Below, one piece after another: positions 1-12,140 of a stretch of DNA of 64,000 bases. Made by a program: the position numbers and the translations under genes. Origin of the DNA: Bugula neritina (taxonomy: Eukaryota; Animalia; Bryozoa); the NCBI GenBank assembly GCA_964035545.1, contig OZ037765.1, positions 27,155,504-27,219,503 of the forward strand, in the 5' to 3' direction. Each line of letters begins with the position of its first letter. The stretch's first letter is position 1. The notes beneath the pieces were generated by a model, which was not told the origin of the DNA, ran no database searches, and saw nothing but the letters and a program-made list of their open reading frames with translations.

Positions 1-2091
1 AAATCTGTAAAAAAAATTTCACAGTGTATTTTCAATAAATAATTATTCTTGCAAGCTGTTTGTATACCAACATTCCTAATACAGAAATGTTTTTGGAGCA
101 TTGTAAATTATATACTGCTGCATTGCAGAAAAAAATCATCAAAAGAAGCACTTTTCAGTCAAATCAACTTGGCTTGTTTCCAAAAAAGAGTTGAAATGTA
201 CATTTAGTACCAGCTGTAAAGTATAGAAAGAACGAACTATGTCATAATGACTGCATTCTTATGACACTAATGAAATTAAGATTGGATGTACTCCATACGG
301 ATCTTGCTCATAGGTGGAGTTTAAAATAATGCTACTAAGTTTCACTAAATTCCCAGATAATACTTTTTATATCAAATTATTTGGCTTTGCTGATTTAGCT
401 ATGTTATGTACATTTTGTACTTATTTATCTCTAGGTCAGTTTTCAGCCATATATTTGACCACATTGCTATACTTCCTTTGTGCCAGCATTTTCTCCTTTA
501 TATCTTTTCTGTGGTTTCTAATAATTTTCAGTGGTATGTCACTGTATGTAAACAATGTGAACCATCAGGCTATCTCTTACACAATGCATGCTGCTATAAG
601 AATAACAGCAGCTGTTATGTATTCAATCAACCTCATTGCAAGAATTGTGTTTGCTTGAAGCTCTCTGTTGAGTAGCTGTCTCTCGATATTACATAACTGC
701 TTGTTTAAGAAAGTGCAAGATGAGAACTGTCCAACTTTAGCCGTCTAACTTAAATTACATTATATAGGATTACATCACTACATAATAAGCTGATTAAACA
801 ACACATATAAATCGGCCAAAAACACCACACACTTGACTAGCTCTAGTTTGACTCATTTATATTTCGAGTTTTTCACATTACTTGAACATGCTTTAGCCAA
901 TTTGTTGCATTATTTTTTATCCATACATGTAATACAAGAATTTAGTATATTATTTTTTTAGGTTTGGATTGTCTACTAGGCAGGTATCACAGATATTTAA
1001 TCAGACTGTGAAGTTGCTTAGAGAAGCTTTAAATCCAATGATAGTATTTTATCAACACGCTGAGGTTAATAAAACTATTCCACCTCAATGAACTTTGACC
1101 TAGTTAACTAGACCACTGTAAAATGGCATGCCAGAACAAACACAAACCAGCTTGCAAGAATAATTATTCATTGAGAATACACTGTGAAAAATTATTTTAC
1201 AGACTTGATTTAAAAGTTGAATTGTGGGACATTTCCAAAATATTCATCTCAGAAAAGAACAAACTATTCTGAAATTTATATGCTTCTTTTTACTGTTCTC
1301 TAAATATTTTCATTGACTTGCAGGCATGCCATGTAAACAAATGCTTTTAAAACATATATATAGCTATACAGTGTTTGGCATTTTTAGATAAGATGTTGCT
1401 TGAAATTACAAATTTAATCTATCTATTTTAATACATATCCTTATATTTATAATAATTTTTTAATATATAGAAATATTAGATAGTAGGGTGGCTTAGTTAT
1501 TTTCATAGTATAGGTGTGTAAGTACGTGAACATGTTAATACAAATGAGCCAGTGCCTTCATAAACCTACAGGCATGTGTTCCAACCCATAATTTGGAGCG
1601 TTTGAAGTTCAGTAAGACAGAGCCCACTAGTGCAGCTATATAGTGTACGAGCATGTTATTATTGTTCTAAGAGTTGAAAGGTTAGCAGCTCTAAACAGAC
1701 TGGTTACAGTCAGCAAAGCAAATAATAATGACAGCTGCCAGCTTCAGATTTGCTCAATAACCAAAACCACAAATATGCTTTGAAGTTTTGTTTTTGTGCC
1801 ATTCATCATTAACAAAATTTTTTAAAAAATTTCTGAAACTGCTCATATGTGTACTTATGCCAAAATATTAATCTCAGAAAAAATGAAACTTATACTAGTA
1901 GTAGTCTTCACTCAAACCTTACATTTCTACTTATTTTATGGGCCTTCTATATATCATCGAGACTGCCCCCAATCCCTGTAGGGGGAGACAACTTTAAAAT
2001 ACAAATTCCCCTAGAGGGATGTCTGAAATCCCTCTATTGAGTTGTGCATTAGGAGAAGCAAAAATGGAATATCCAGACAAGAAAAGGATAC
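1..2091 (-). other. U12-type (minor spliceosome) GT intron of EXOSC1; 3' end not seen
   Basis: The minus-strand donor right after codon GTT reads GTATCCTTTTC (2091-2081), the U12 5' splice-site consensus. No U12 branch point or acceptor was found within the window. Confidence 0.8.
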
Positions 2092-4991
2092 AACTCTACA
2101 GAGTACTATGTCACCAGGTCGAAAGCATTTGTGGATTTCAACTTTATCCTTTTCCGTGGCTCTGACGTCTTCTTTCCTGAAATTAAGATTCGTTGAAGAC
2201 TGTAGAGGAATGATTTATGTCACAAACAATATTTTTCCACTAAAGCAATTGAATAGGCTATTTCACTTATTTGCATTCTATGTACCTATGGTGCAAATGT
2301 TACAAAGAACACTATAGAATACAATTATTGTAACGATCTAAAACTTTGTTTTTAAAAAATTAATTAATTTTAGAAAACGCTATAAAAGTTCTTATAAAAT
2401 TTCAGAGTGCAACCATCTAATGGCTATAATATAACGCATTGTCAATTTGTAATTAGCTTGTCAAGATTGTGAATCAGTTCAGAAATTATAATCCTATAGC
2501 CTACCTTGAACCACAAAACACTTTAAAGCAGAAATATATTTAGTATTCTCAATTAAGAATAAAAACCGAAGTAACAATATTTAATATAGGATTTTGGCAT
2601 AGAGAAAACCATTGCAGCTTTCAGTGGGAACTATTAAAATAAAATTCTAATTTTTCTGCAGCTTTCTAAGTTATGGAATATAACGTAGAAAACAAATGTC
2701 CTCAAAAATTTGCTTAGACAATACATTCACTAAATAAATAACTAGCTATGGTATTATTGTAATATTAAAATCTAGATCTATTACAGAAAAATAGCTGGAC
2801 AGATATATTTGTAATTACCTGAGCAAACCTCTAAAAGGGATTTCAAAGATACTCTTTTCTACAGCTATTATATCTACTTTACAAAACCTTGGTGTAGCTT
2901 GAGTAACCTGAAAATTAAACTGCTATTAATGAGGAGCTACAAAAAGATGGAATATATTTACATTAAAAGTACTACAATTCTGAAAAAGGTATTGATATGC
3001 CAATACAACAATAGTATAAATTATACCGATGTTGCAGTAATAATTTAGCTGCATATAAACAGAGCCAAGCATCATAAAAAGAGATTAAAAACCATTACAA
3101 TCAGAAAAATATTAGCAACTCACTCTACTAGTGACCAAACCACCTAGAACAGGAACCAAGTGTTTGTGTCTCGTAGTCTGCACCGAAACCATAGTCTGTA
3201 AGTGTAAAAAGCAGCACATTGTAATGCATATATGCCAGTGGTAAAAAAATGTTACTGGGAGAGTACTGGAGTAAAAACTACCTAAGACTTTGTAGTATGC
3301 ACTGAACTACAAATAAAGGTTAACTAAAAGCTTACACTTACTTTACTCACAATCACAGAACTAGAAAAGGCCTTGGACTACTGCCTCAAACCATGCTGGC
3401 AATTTGGGCACTTTCTAAGTAAAACAAGAGGAATTATGACCAGATGCACCTCCTTATATCAGCAATGGCATTTGATCTACCAGTCTAACACAACATGCAT
3501 AATATGTGTCCTGCTACTTTAACCATTAGTGACTAGATCAAGGCTGTTCACAGCTAGGTGCGATGCATGTCTACTGAAAATACTTATAGGTAACCATTAG
3601 GTAACCAAAATATAAAAATAAATACCAATCCTTACCTTACCAGGCTGTTCCTTGTTTTCTTCTAGCTTTACATAACCAGCTAAAGATGAATATATTCCAT
3701 CTTCATGTTCATAAGTACCATGTCCAGAAATTACATCACCATTTATATCCATCAACTTCTGTCCTAAAAGCACATCAGAATCTACGAGGACACAAAAAAC
3801 CTACAAGACCTTTTTGGTACTTAGCAGAATCTTTTTTCAGTAAAATAATTTCAAAATTTTCAACAAAAATCTACCATTCAGTAGCCTAACACTATAACCA
3901 TGAAATCAAGCCAAGTCATGGTCAACTGTCAAGACAAAAAACCCAAGCCAAGTTTAGGTCAAGTCAACAGACTAGTCCGAAGTATTTAAAATTTTATATA
4001 AAATTAATGGGTAGTAACTAGTAATATGTAAATTTAGCAGCGCAAAAAGGGAGTAAGAACAAAATTTTAGCTGCAAATCTGACATTTAAAAATTATTATC
4101 TATCTATATTGATATTAAATAAATAATAATAAAATTGAAAATAGCTGTCTCAGTGATAGCTAAAAACTATAAATCCCTATTAAATCACTGCAATATCAAA
4201 ATTATAGTCAATTAAATAACTTTCATTAAGAAAATATTACATCAATACGTGTTATTATAAATTATATTCAATGATTATCATCATGATCATCATTATGATT
4301 AATTGTTGATATCATAAAAATAATCACTATCATAATGATAATACTAATAGTAATAGTAATGATAATCAAATAATTACATTAAATAATTTAAATAATATAA
4401 TCAGTAAAAATCAAATCACAATCACTTCAAGTTTTTCATAATCATAATGATATTCACTATGATTATATTTTATTATTTATATTTATTTATTTCATAATCA
4501 ATTTCATATTGATAATCATTATGATTATGATTATGACTTCATAATCATATTCATAATTATTATCATGATTGTAATTATCAATATTATTATCATGATTATA
4601 AATATCATTATCATTATGATTATCATTGACATTATCATTGTGATTATAATAATGATAATTAATTGTGATTGATTCATGATGATGATTGTTAAAATTAAAT
4701 TCAATAAATTAAAATAATTATAATTATTTATATTTTATAATATTAATTCAATAATTGTCAACTCAATTCACTAATAGTAATAGTAATAGTAATACTAATA
4801 CTAATAGTAATAGTAATGTAATAGTAATTGGTGATATTTTTAACTCAATTCACTAATTGATGATATTTTTAACTCAATTTAATTTTACCTGGTATTGCTA
4901 TACTCATACTGCAACCACCATCTTCATTTCCATCGTGATGATAATTGTGAACTTGGTCATTTGCTGTAAGTTTCAATGTACTTGTAGCCAT
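2092..4991 (-). CDS. EXOSC1: Exosome complex component CSL4/EXOSC1; 5 exons in window, 3' end lies beyond the left edge
   Basis: Exons 4991-4889, 3763-3636, 3195-3124, 2907-2819 and 2176-2092 have GT-AG boundaries and consistent phases (477 nt). They translate to MATSTLKLT...MSIAIPG/QKLMDINGDVISGHGTYEHEDGIYSSLAGYVKL.../TMVSVQTTRHKHLVPVLGGLVTSR/VTQATPRFCKVDIIAVEKSIFEIPFRGLLR/KEDVRATEKDKVEIHKCFRPGDIVLCRV. The last segment is the CSL4 S1-domain signature. The following ISLGD-type exon was not found in 1-2091. Confidence 0.93.
4240..4880. repeat. Degenerate AT-rich tri/hexanucleotide low-complexity tract in EXOSC1 intron 1
   Basis: Runs of ATT/ATC/ATG and TAATAG/TAATAC units, plus a short duplication of TGATATTTTTAACTCAATT at about 4832-4880. 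Confidence 0.75.
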
Positions 4992-5520
4992 GCTGGTGTT
5001 TTTGTTTCTTGAAGTTTTTGCTGTGGAAATCGCTTGAAACAGCACATTAATGGTAGGGTCACAATAGTTCGGGGATATCGAGTTTCAATTTAGGGGCTTG
5101 GATTTGGGCATGTTTATACACAATGCACTCAATGACTTTCATTTTTGTGCTGTTTCTAGCGATTTCATATTATGCTGTTGATTTTTATAGACCGATGCCT
5201 TTAAAGGATATTATGAGCTAGTAATACGGGGAATAAAAATGACACTTCATATAAGTTACCCGCCATGATTATCTTTTGTGCTGAAAATACGGCTTAGCGT
5301 AGTATGGAATTATTGTTCCTTCATATTATTATTATCGTCTGGCTAGAAAAAATATCATAAAATTTATCTGAACAGAAAGTGAAACCACGATAGCCTTTCG
5401 CCAAGGATCAGCAGATCATAGAAGAAACGGCATGAACTAGAACTTCATGCTTATTAAAATTTACAGTGGCTTTAATTTCACTTTGAAACAAACCTCATAT
5501 GACGTATCCCTAAGCCTTGA
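4992..5520. promoter_or_regulatory. Probable divergent promoter region for EXOSC1 and FRA10AC1
   Basis: A relatively CpG-containing, non-repetitive stretch between head-to-head genes, bracketed by low-complexity tracts. The TSSs cannot be determined. Confidence 0.4.
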
Positions 5521-6140
5521 TCATGATGATAATTATAATTATACTTATAGTTATAGTTTTAGTTTTAGTTACACTTGAAAGTTATAGAGTATAGACCATA
5601 GCCCATAGGCATAGGGCATAGTGACAGTGATAGTATTAGTAATACTATTAGTATAACTATTACTGTATTAGTATTACTAATACTATAACTATAAGTATAA
5701 GTATTGCATTTTCATTTTGATTTACTATTAGTATTACTATAACTATTACTACTAGTATTAGTATTGGCCTTAGTATTACTATTAGTTATAATTAATTCTA
5801 CGTCCAATTATTACTCTTAGAGTTAGTCTTACTGTTACTACTTACTTTTAGTACTTACAGTTGCTAGTACTAGCAGCAGTGATCATAATAAGTATCATTA
5901 ATTTAATGCATTATCATAGTGATTATGGTTATCGGTATGATTGAAAATGACACCTAATCGGAATCCTTCAGAGCTCAGTGTACTTCTAGTATAAATTAAT
6001 GTTTATGTTATAGTGTTAGATTTAGTTACACTTGCTAATTTGTTCTTAAAGTTGTTTACTTATTTTTAATAATATTCTATTACTTACATAGGTATACTTA
6101 TAGTTATAGTATGACTGTTACTAAAATATTGGCTATTAGT
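5520..6140. repeat. Degenerate hexamer low-complexity tract (TATTAG/TATTAC/AGTTAT/ATAGGC)
   Basis: Examples include ACTATTAGTATAACTATTACTGTATTAGTATTAC, AGTTTTAGTTTTAGTT and ATAGGCATAGGGCATAG. Confidence 0.7.
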
Positions 6141-7178
6141 ATTGCCATAAAATGAGAGTATTTCCTAAATTCAAGCTCAATTGTAATGAGTATCAGTGTG
6201 ACAATGACCTGTGGGTGAATGTTGAGACTGCAACAGAATTTTCACACAGGACATTTTCAGTTTCTAAAACACCAACCATCAAAATTTAAATTACCATAAT
6301 TCTTTAAATGACATTCATTACTGTAATTATGGTTATGATTATTAAATTGTGTGGGTTATTTTTCATTTAATTTTATTATTAGTGTCTTAGGCTCATAGCT
6401 ATAACTATTAACTGGAAATTTTCAATTATAACCAGTGTATTATCATCACCTAAAGTTTTGAATAGTATTAGTTTGGCTAGTGGTCACTTTATCACAGAAA
6501 TCAAAGTTGAAATTTGAGCTGGAACGTCACCTTTTTTTCAAATTTATATTTTCAGTGGCTTCAATTGGCTGTGAAAGAGTAAGACACAACACATTTTAAG
6601 TTCTGCTTCACCATCATATTGAAAAAGCCTGGCTGAGTTTGACTCTGAGTGATAGTTTCCTTCTAGAATCAAAATGCTTTTAAGTTCAAAAAGCAAGGGC
6701 AAGTCTAGGGTTAGTATATTTAACATTGAAATGGGAATTGAGTTGTTTCTGTTTTCAGATCTGTGCTGTTTGGCATTTCGTATATTTATAAAACATACCC
6801 TGTTTAGAACGTCGCCAGTTTTCTAAAAAAAAAGGAGATGTAAGAAAATGATCAGGTCTTTAAAGAAGACATGTCAATATAGAAAAAAACAGACTTATTT
6901 AATTAATGTATTATTTACTCATATTTTATGAAAAGCTGTTTCTGGTCCAGTCTACATGTGTAGCATCAGTATGTGCTTTTCTTTTGTTCGAATTTTACAA
7001 AGGAATATACTCTTTTCACATGTTCCTTTAGGGTGTATTGCTAATGGCGCCAGAAAAAGGCATTTTTTAACTCGCATGTGCTATGCCATAAAAATGCCTT
7101 CAACTTGATGAAAAAAGTCCAACACGCTTAGAAACTAAAGCTATTGATTAATTTTTGATTATAACTGATTGTTCACAG

Positions 7179-10100
7179 GCTTACAATGCAGATGATTATG
7201 GCTCAGAGTTTGAACCTGATAGTGAAGTCGACAAAAAGAAGGCAAAAAGATCTGACTTAGCAACTAAGGAACATCCAGTCCGTGAACACAAACCTTCAAA
7301 GTCTACTTATGTTGATGAATGGTCAAAAGATGAAGCTCGCTATATGAGACACCACTATGTTAGCACTAATGCTGTATCCTTTTGTAATTCTTTCTATTTG
7401 CCACTTGGTTTATAATTATTTAATCTTTCAAGTCTAAATTTAAGCCACGGTCATGAAAGTACTATGCTCTGTCAAGTATATATTAAATTGTCACTAGTTT
7501 ATAATAAATAACTATTAAAATGTGTGTCAGTAAACAGTTGAAATGTTTTGTTGCCAAGTTATGTGATCTTGCCATTTATTCCACCATTCTGGAAGCACTC
7601 GATAACTCTAAAGCCCATAATTCAGTTGAACTTACACATCACTTTTTGTGTTAAAATTGAATTTTCTTAGTCGGAATATATGCATAATTTAGTAAACCTG
7701 TTGAGGTTTAATAGTTTAACAAGTTAAATTCTTGAGTTATAATCAATCGAACTGTAGTGACACTTGACTTTGAAGTATAAACAAATGATTTAATTATTTA
7801 AGTTTCGTCTTCAAACTCTTGTAATTAATTTTCAATTGCCAAATATTTATTTTTTCTAGTAAGCATTTTTCTATATCATGAAATCCTTAACATTCATCTC
7901 TAGTACGCACGGCATAAGGAACTTGTTAACAACTATCTGCAGTATTATGGAGGGAAAATGTCCGACTTCCAACAGAAGTAAGTTTCAAAGAAATATTTAC
8001 AATATCTGAATTACTAATCATAGCTTCATTATTCTTTATAGATTAGAATGTTTGGTTTTTCTTTATTATAATTCAAAGTTTTCGCTTGCATCATAAAGTA
8101 GCCGTACACACATAATCATCATCTTGTTTGGTAATTATTTCATAAATTTAGTCATATTTTGCAGGTCAGAACGTAAGACAGACCGGGATATTATTCGAGA
8201 GAATCACCAGTTTGTGTGGGAAGATGAGGAGGACACGGAGTCGTGGGATAAGCGTTTAGCAAAGAAGTACTACGATAAACTATACAAGGAATACTGTTTA
8301 GCTGATCTTAGCAGGTACAAAGAAAATAAGGTGAGAAATTAGCACTCAGATTCATAAAGTCTAGCTGTTTCTAATATTGGCTAATATTTAATTTCTTTTT
8401 GCCATAATAATATGGTGATTTGTTTAATGAGAGACATCGGGTATATATTGTGGTGCATCAAAATGGTTCAAATGAAAAATCAGTAGTCGAGAGCTGGTTT
8501 TGAGTTTGTTTCAATAACTACTTCAACTACTTTTATGCGTATATTCTAATATTATTTAAAAAAAGAAAGAATATTATGTATTATCCACGATTAATAAGTT
8601 TTCTTTTGTAAATGCTTTTTAAGTTGATGTGTACATATTAATTTCCGATTTTATCATTATTTTATACATTCAAGTTACCTATTGACGAATATGTAAATAT
8701 GCACACAACGTCTGCACAGTTTCATAATGTTATGTAATGTTGCATATTAAGATTGTATGACTTATTTGGGCAGATTGCAATGCGTTGGAGGGTGGAGAAT
8801 GAAGTGATCTCAGGCAAGGGACAGTTTGTGTGTGGCAACAAGAAATGCAATGAAGACAAAGAACTTAAAAGCTGGGAAGTCAACTTTGCATATATGGAAC
8901 AGCAAGTGAAAAAAAACTGCCTAGTAAAACTGCGTAAGATGTTTAATAGATAATTTATACATCTTTAGTTCATTCACAATTGAGTAATCATAAATATATA
9001 CTCATTTCTGGCTCCATATGCTAGCAGGTTTTCATGAACTGGTGAGTTTTTTATGCTGCTGTTTTATATGCATGTTTGTTTCATTTTCTGATAAAATTAT
9101 TTTCAAAGAGTTCTAATAGAAAATGTTGGATTGTTTCAAAAGCTTGAAGCAGTGTTTTTTAAGTTAAATACTCTTATGTCCTGGCAATTGTAGGTTTTTG
9201 TCATTGTCTTCACTATTGTAGGATTGTGTCCTCAATGCTCTGCTAAACTCAATTATTCACACACAAAAAGAGAAATTACAAAAGAAATAAAGGAGTTGCG
9301 ATCTCAGACTGCTGCAGAAGGTTAAAATATGCAGTATATCATACAGTATAGTTTATATCCTACCAGGTGGAGTTGACTGTTGAGGAAGTTGAAACAGGAT
9401 GAAGTTTTTCAATTGTTTGAGTTAAAGTTGTGTAAGGATTAACTGTTTACTCTAAAAGCATTTCTTACTAAGACTGTTAAAACTCTCTCATCACTGAGCT
9501 TCAAGCCTTTGTTATGTAATTACTCTTTCTGAGTTTTGAATCCAACATATCTTGGTTTTTCTCACAGTTTTGTTATCTCATAATATGGCATTGTATGTAA
9601 TATAGCACTGTATGTAGTATAGCACTGTATGTAGTATAGTACTGTATGTAGTATAGCACTGTATGTAGTATAGCACTGTATGTAGTATAGTACTGTATGT
9701 AGTATAGCACTGTATATAGTATAGCACTGTATGTAGTATAGTACTGTATGTAGTATAGCACTGTATGTAGTATAGCACTGTATGTAGTGTAGTACTGTAT
9801 GTAGTATAGTACTGTATATAGTATAGCACTGTATGTAGTATAGTACTGTATGTAGTATAGCACTGTATGTAGTATAGCACTGTATGTAGTATAGCACTGT
9901 GTGTAGTATAGTACTGTATGTAGTATAGTACTGTATGTAGTATAGCACTGTATGTAGTATAGCACTGTATGTAGTATAGTACTGTATGTAGTATAGTACT
10001 GTATGTAGTATAGCACTGTATGTAATACTAAATGATATACAGTACTGTATGTAATATAGCACTGTATGTAGTATAGCACTGTATGTAGTATAGTACTGTA

Positions 10101-11225
10101 TGTAGTATAGTACTGTATGTAGTATAGCACTGTATGTAGTATAGCACTGTATGTAGTATAGTACTGTATGTAGTATAGTACTGTATGTAGTATAGCACTG
10201 TATGTAATACTAAATGATATACAGTACTGTATGTAATATAGCACTGTATGTAGTATAGCACTGTATGTAGTATAGTACTGTATGTAGTATAGTACTGTAT
10301 GTAGTATAGCACTGTATGTAGTATAGTACTGTATGTAGTATAGTACTGTATGTAGTATAGCACTGTATGTAATACTAAATGACATACAGTACTGTGTGTA
10401 GTATAGCACTGTATGTAGTATAGTACTGTATGTAATATAACATGTACTGATGACCTTATCATCTTCAACCTGGAATGTCTATTGATTTGATAATGTTGTA
10501 GGAGGCTCATCATCAACATCTAAAAGAAAGATCACAAGGTTGGTAATAACATAGCTGTTTGATATACCTGAAAATATAGATTGCTTCTTAAAATATTGAT
10601 AAACCTCATGATAAACAATAAACGTTAATATACCATATGATGGCTTCACAACTAACCATATTCAGTGTTTTCCAAGTACCACTATACGCTGTAACTGTAT
10701 TATATCACAATATACGTGTAAGACTGTTATGACAAGTTATTTAATAGCCTGTGATTCAATATAACCTGTCTAACTAATCATATTTTACGTCACTGGGCCT
10801 AGTTGTCAGCAGTAAGTCAAGTAGAAATATTGAGGGGGGGATGTGGGGTAACCATAACCAAGATTACTACTTGGATTATCGTCTTAATGAAGTATCAATT
10901 ATTTCCGAACTTTAGTCTCTATAACTGAGTTGTAATCATTTAGGATTTAGGTTTTCAGCTGGCTGTATTGTCAGTGTAAATAAAAATCGCCTTCTATATC
11001 TGTTTTGTGATAATGATAAAAATGGCAAGCTGTAATTATAAAAAGGGTTCCATAAGAATAAGTTTGGTGTTATCCCCAAACCTCTCACAGAAGCTGAATA
11101 ATTTTAGTTTCTAGATCAACATTCAATTTTTTTTATAATTGAAATAATGTGTTAATATATTATTATTCACTTTGTATTGCAGTGAATCACAGCTAGCTGG
11201 CATCATTGAGGAATTGCTGCCATAG
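7179..11225 (+). CDS. FRA10AC1: Protein FRA10AC1 homolog (spliceosome-associated); start-codon exon not located
   Basis: Exons 7179-7373, 7904-7977, 8165-8330, 8774-8933, 9222-9320, 10502-10538 and 11183-11225 sum to 774 nt in frame. They contain AYARHKELVNNYLQYYGG, DIIRENHQFVW, WDKRLAKKYYDKLYKEYCLADLSRYKENK, RWRVENEVISGKGQFVCGNKKC and LKSWEVNFAYME...LVKLRLCPQCSAKLNY, the FRA10AC1 domain. The last two exons (ending ESQLAGIIEELLP*) are less certain. AATAAA occurs at about 11298 and 11358. Confidence 0.92.
7374..7903 (+). other. U12-type GT-AG intron in FRA10AC1
   Basis: Donor GTATCCTTTT at 7374, branch site TCCTTAAC at 7884-7891 and AG at 7902-7903. Splicing restores the conserved ...NA/YARH... 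sequence. Confidence 0.93.
9582..10448. repeat. 17-bp minisatellite (TATAG[C/T]ACTGTATGTAG)n, about 50 units, in a FRA10AC1 intron
   Basis: Direct tandem repeat. An interruption TAATACTAAATGA[T/C]ATACAGTACTG recurs at about 10023, 10205 and 10370. Confidence 0.97.
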
Positions 11226-12127
11226 ATTCCCATCCTTAATGGTAGGTGAAGGGCTGTATATGTACAAAGCTGCATTATGAAACCACGTCATGTTAGCCAA
11301 TAAACTGAAAGTGTGGTAGATTACCCATCAAGATAACAATGCTGCTTAATGTGCTAGAATAAATTGATTTAGTTTTTAACTATGACAAGTCTTATTAAAT
11401 CCATAAATTGCAACTGAATTTATAACATTTGCTAAAATTCTAATTAAGTTATTAGTAATTTTGGCAAACCACGACTCAATATACTGAATCCAGTTCAACC
11501 ACATTGCGCTCTATATGTTGAAACACTCGACAGCTATTGCTAAATAATCAGCTAAGTTTTCACAGAATAAGAACAGAGATTTGTTATTTTCAGCAGTTTT
11601 TAGCAGTCAACATCTGGGCCGACTTACTAACAACAAAACACAATCAAGTTATTGGTATGTAAGGGTTATACATCTGCTACAAGCTAGGATTCTTGTTTAG
11701 ATTATATGTAATAACTTTTATATGGTGTAAGATGTTTTGTTTTCATATCTCCATTCTGTGGGGAAAAATACGTGCAGGTATTGGATTTCACATTTTGGTT
11801 TATGTAACCAGAAGAAAATTCTGTCTGCACTGGATTTTGATTATCTTCCATGCAAATCTCCTGTGCACCATCACCTAATTTGCTGAGTTTTTCACTGCAT
11901 TGCTTGTAGACAATATACCTTAAACTCTACTATAGAACACCAGCAAAGTATTTTTGGGAATATATAGAGTATAATATATTGAACTATTTTTGATGCTAAT
12001 TTCAATAATACATAATATAATAATGACATAACAGATAAGTGATTATGTAACATAGTCCTTCTCTGTCTAGAAATTCCTGTATAAGTTTTCAAGAGCCAAC
12101 CGTCAGCAAATGCAAATAGAGTGGCAG

Positions 12128-12140
12128 GTTACTAGGCAGC
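12128..12140 (+). promoter_or_regulatory. Candidate RFX X-box upstream of the LRR gene
   Basis: GTTACTAGGCAGC differs from the GTTNCTAGGCAAC X-box form at one position. It lies about 0.9 kb upstream of the ATG, which is preceded by a 5'UTR acceptor TTTTCTACAG at about 12982. Confidence 0.35.

Noticed and set aside
314-675. Hydrophobic plus-strand ORFs and a minus-strand signal-peptide-like MRLIEYITAAVILIAACI followed by GTAAGA, a possible nested gene in the EXOSC1 intron
   Set aside because: No in-frame downstream exon or recognisable domain could be found, and hydrophobicity follows from AT-richness.
5202-5211. Minus-strand ATATCCTTT (AT-AC U12 donor consensus) upstream of EXOSC1; another occurs at about 52032
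   Set aside because: No matching TCCTTAAC branch site or AC acceptor, and not at a known exon end. Such matches are expected by chance in AT-rich DNA.
7044-7100. ATGGCGCCAGAAAAAG as the FRA10AC1 start exon, and an 11-bp inverted repeat AAGGCATTTTT...AAAAATGCCTT
   Set aside because: There is no valid donor in the phase 0 needed for exon 7179, and the hairpin is too short to assign a function.
9562-10519. Long Tyr/Thr/Ile-rich ORFs (100-278 aa) on the minus strand
   Set aside because: They are translations of the 17-bp minisatellite inside a FRA10AC1 intron.
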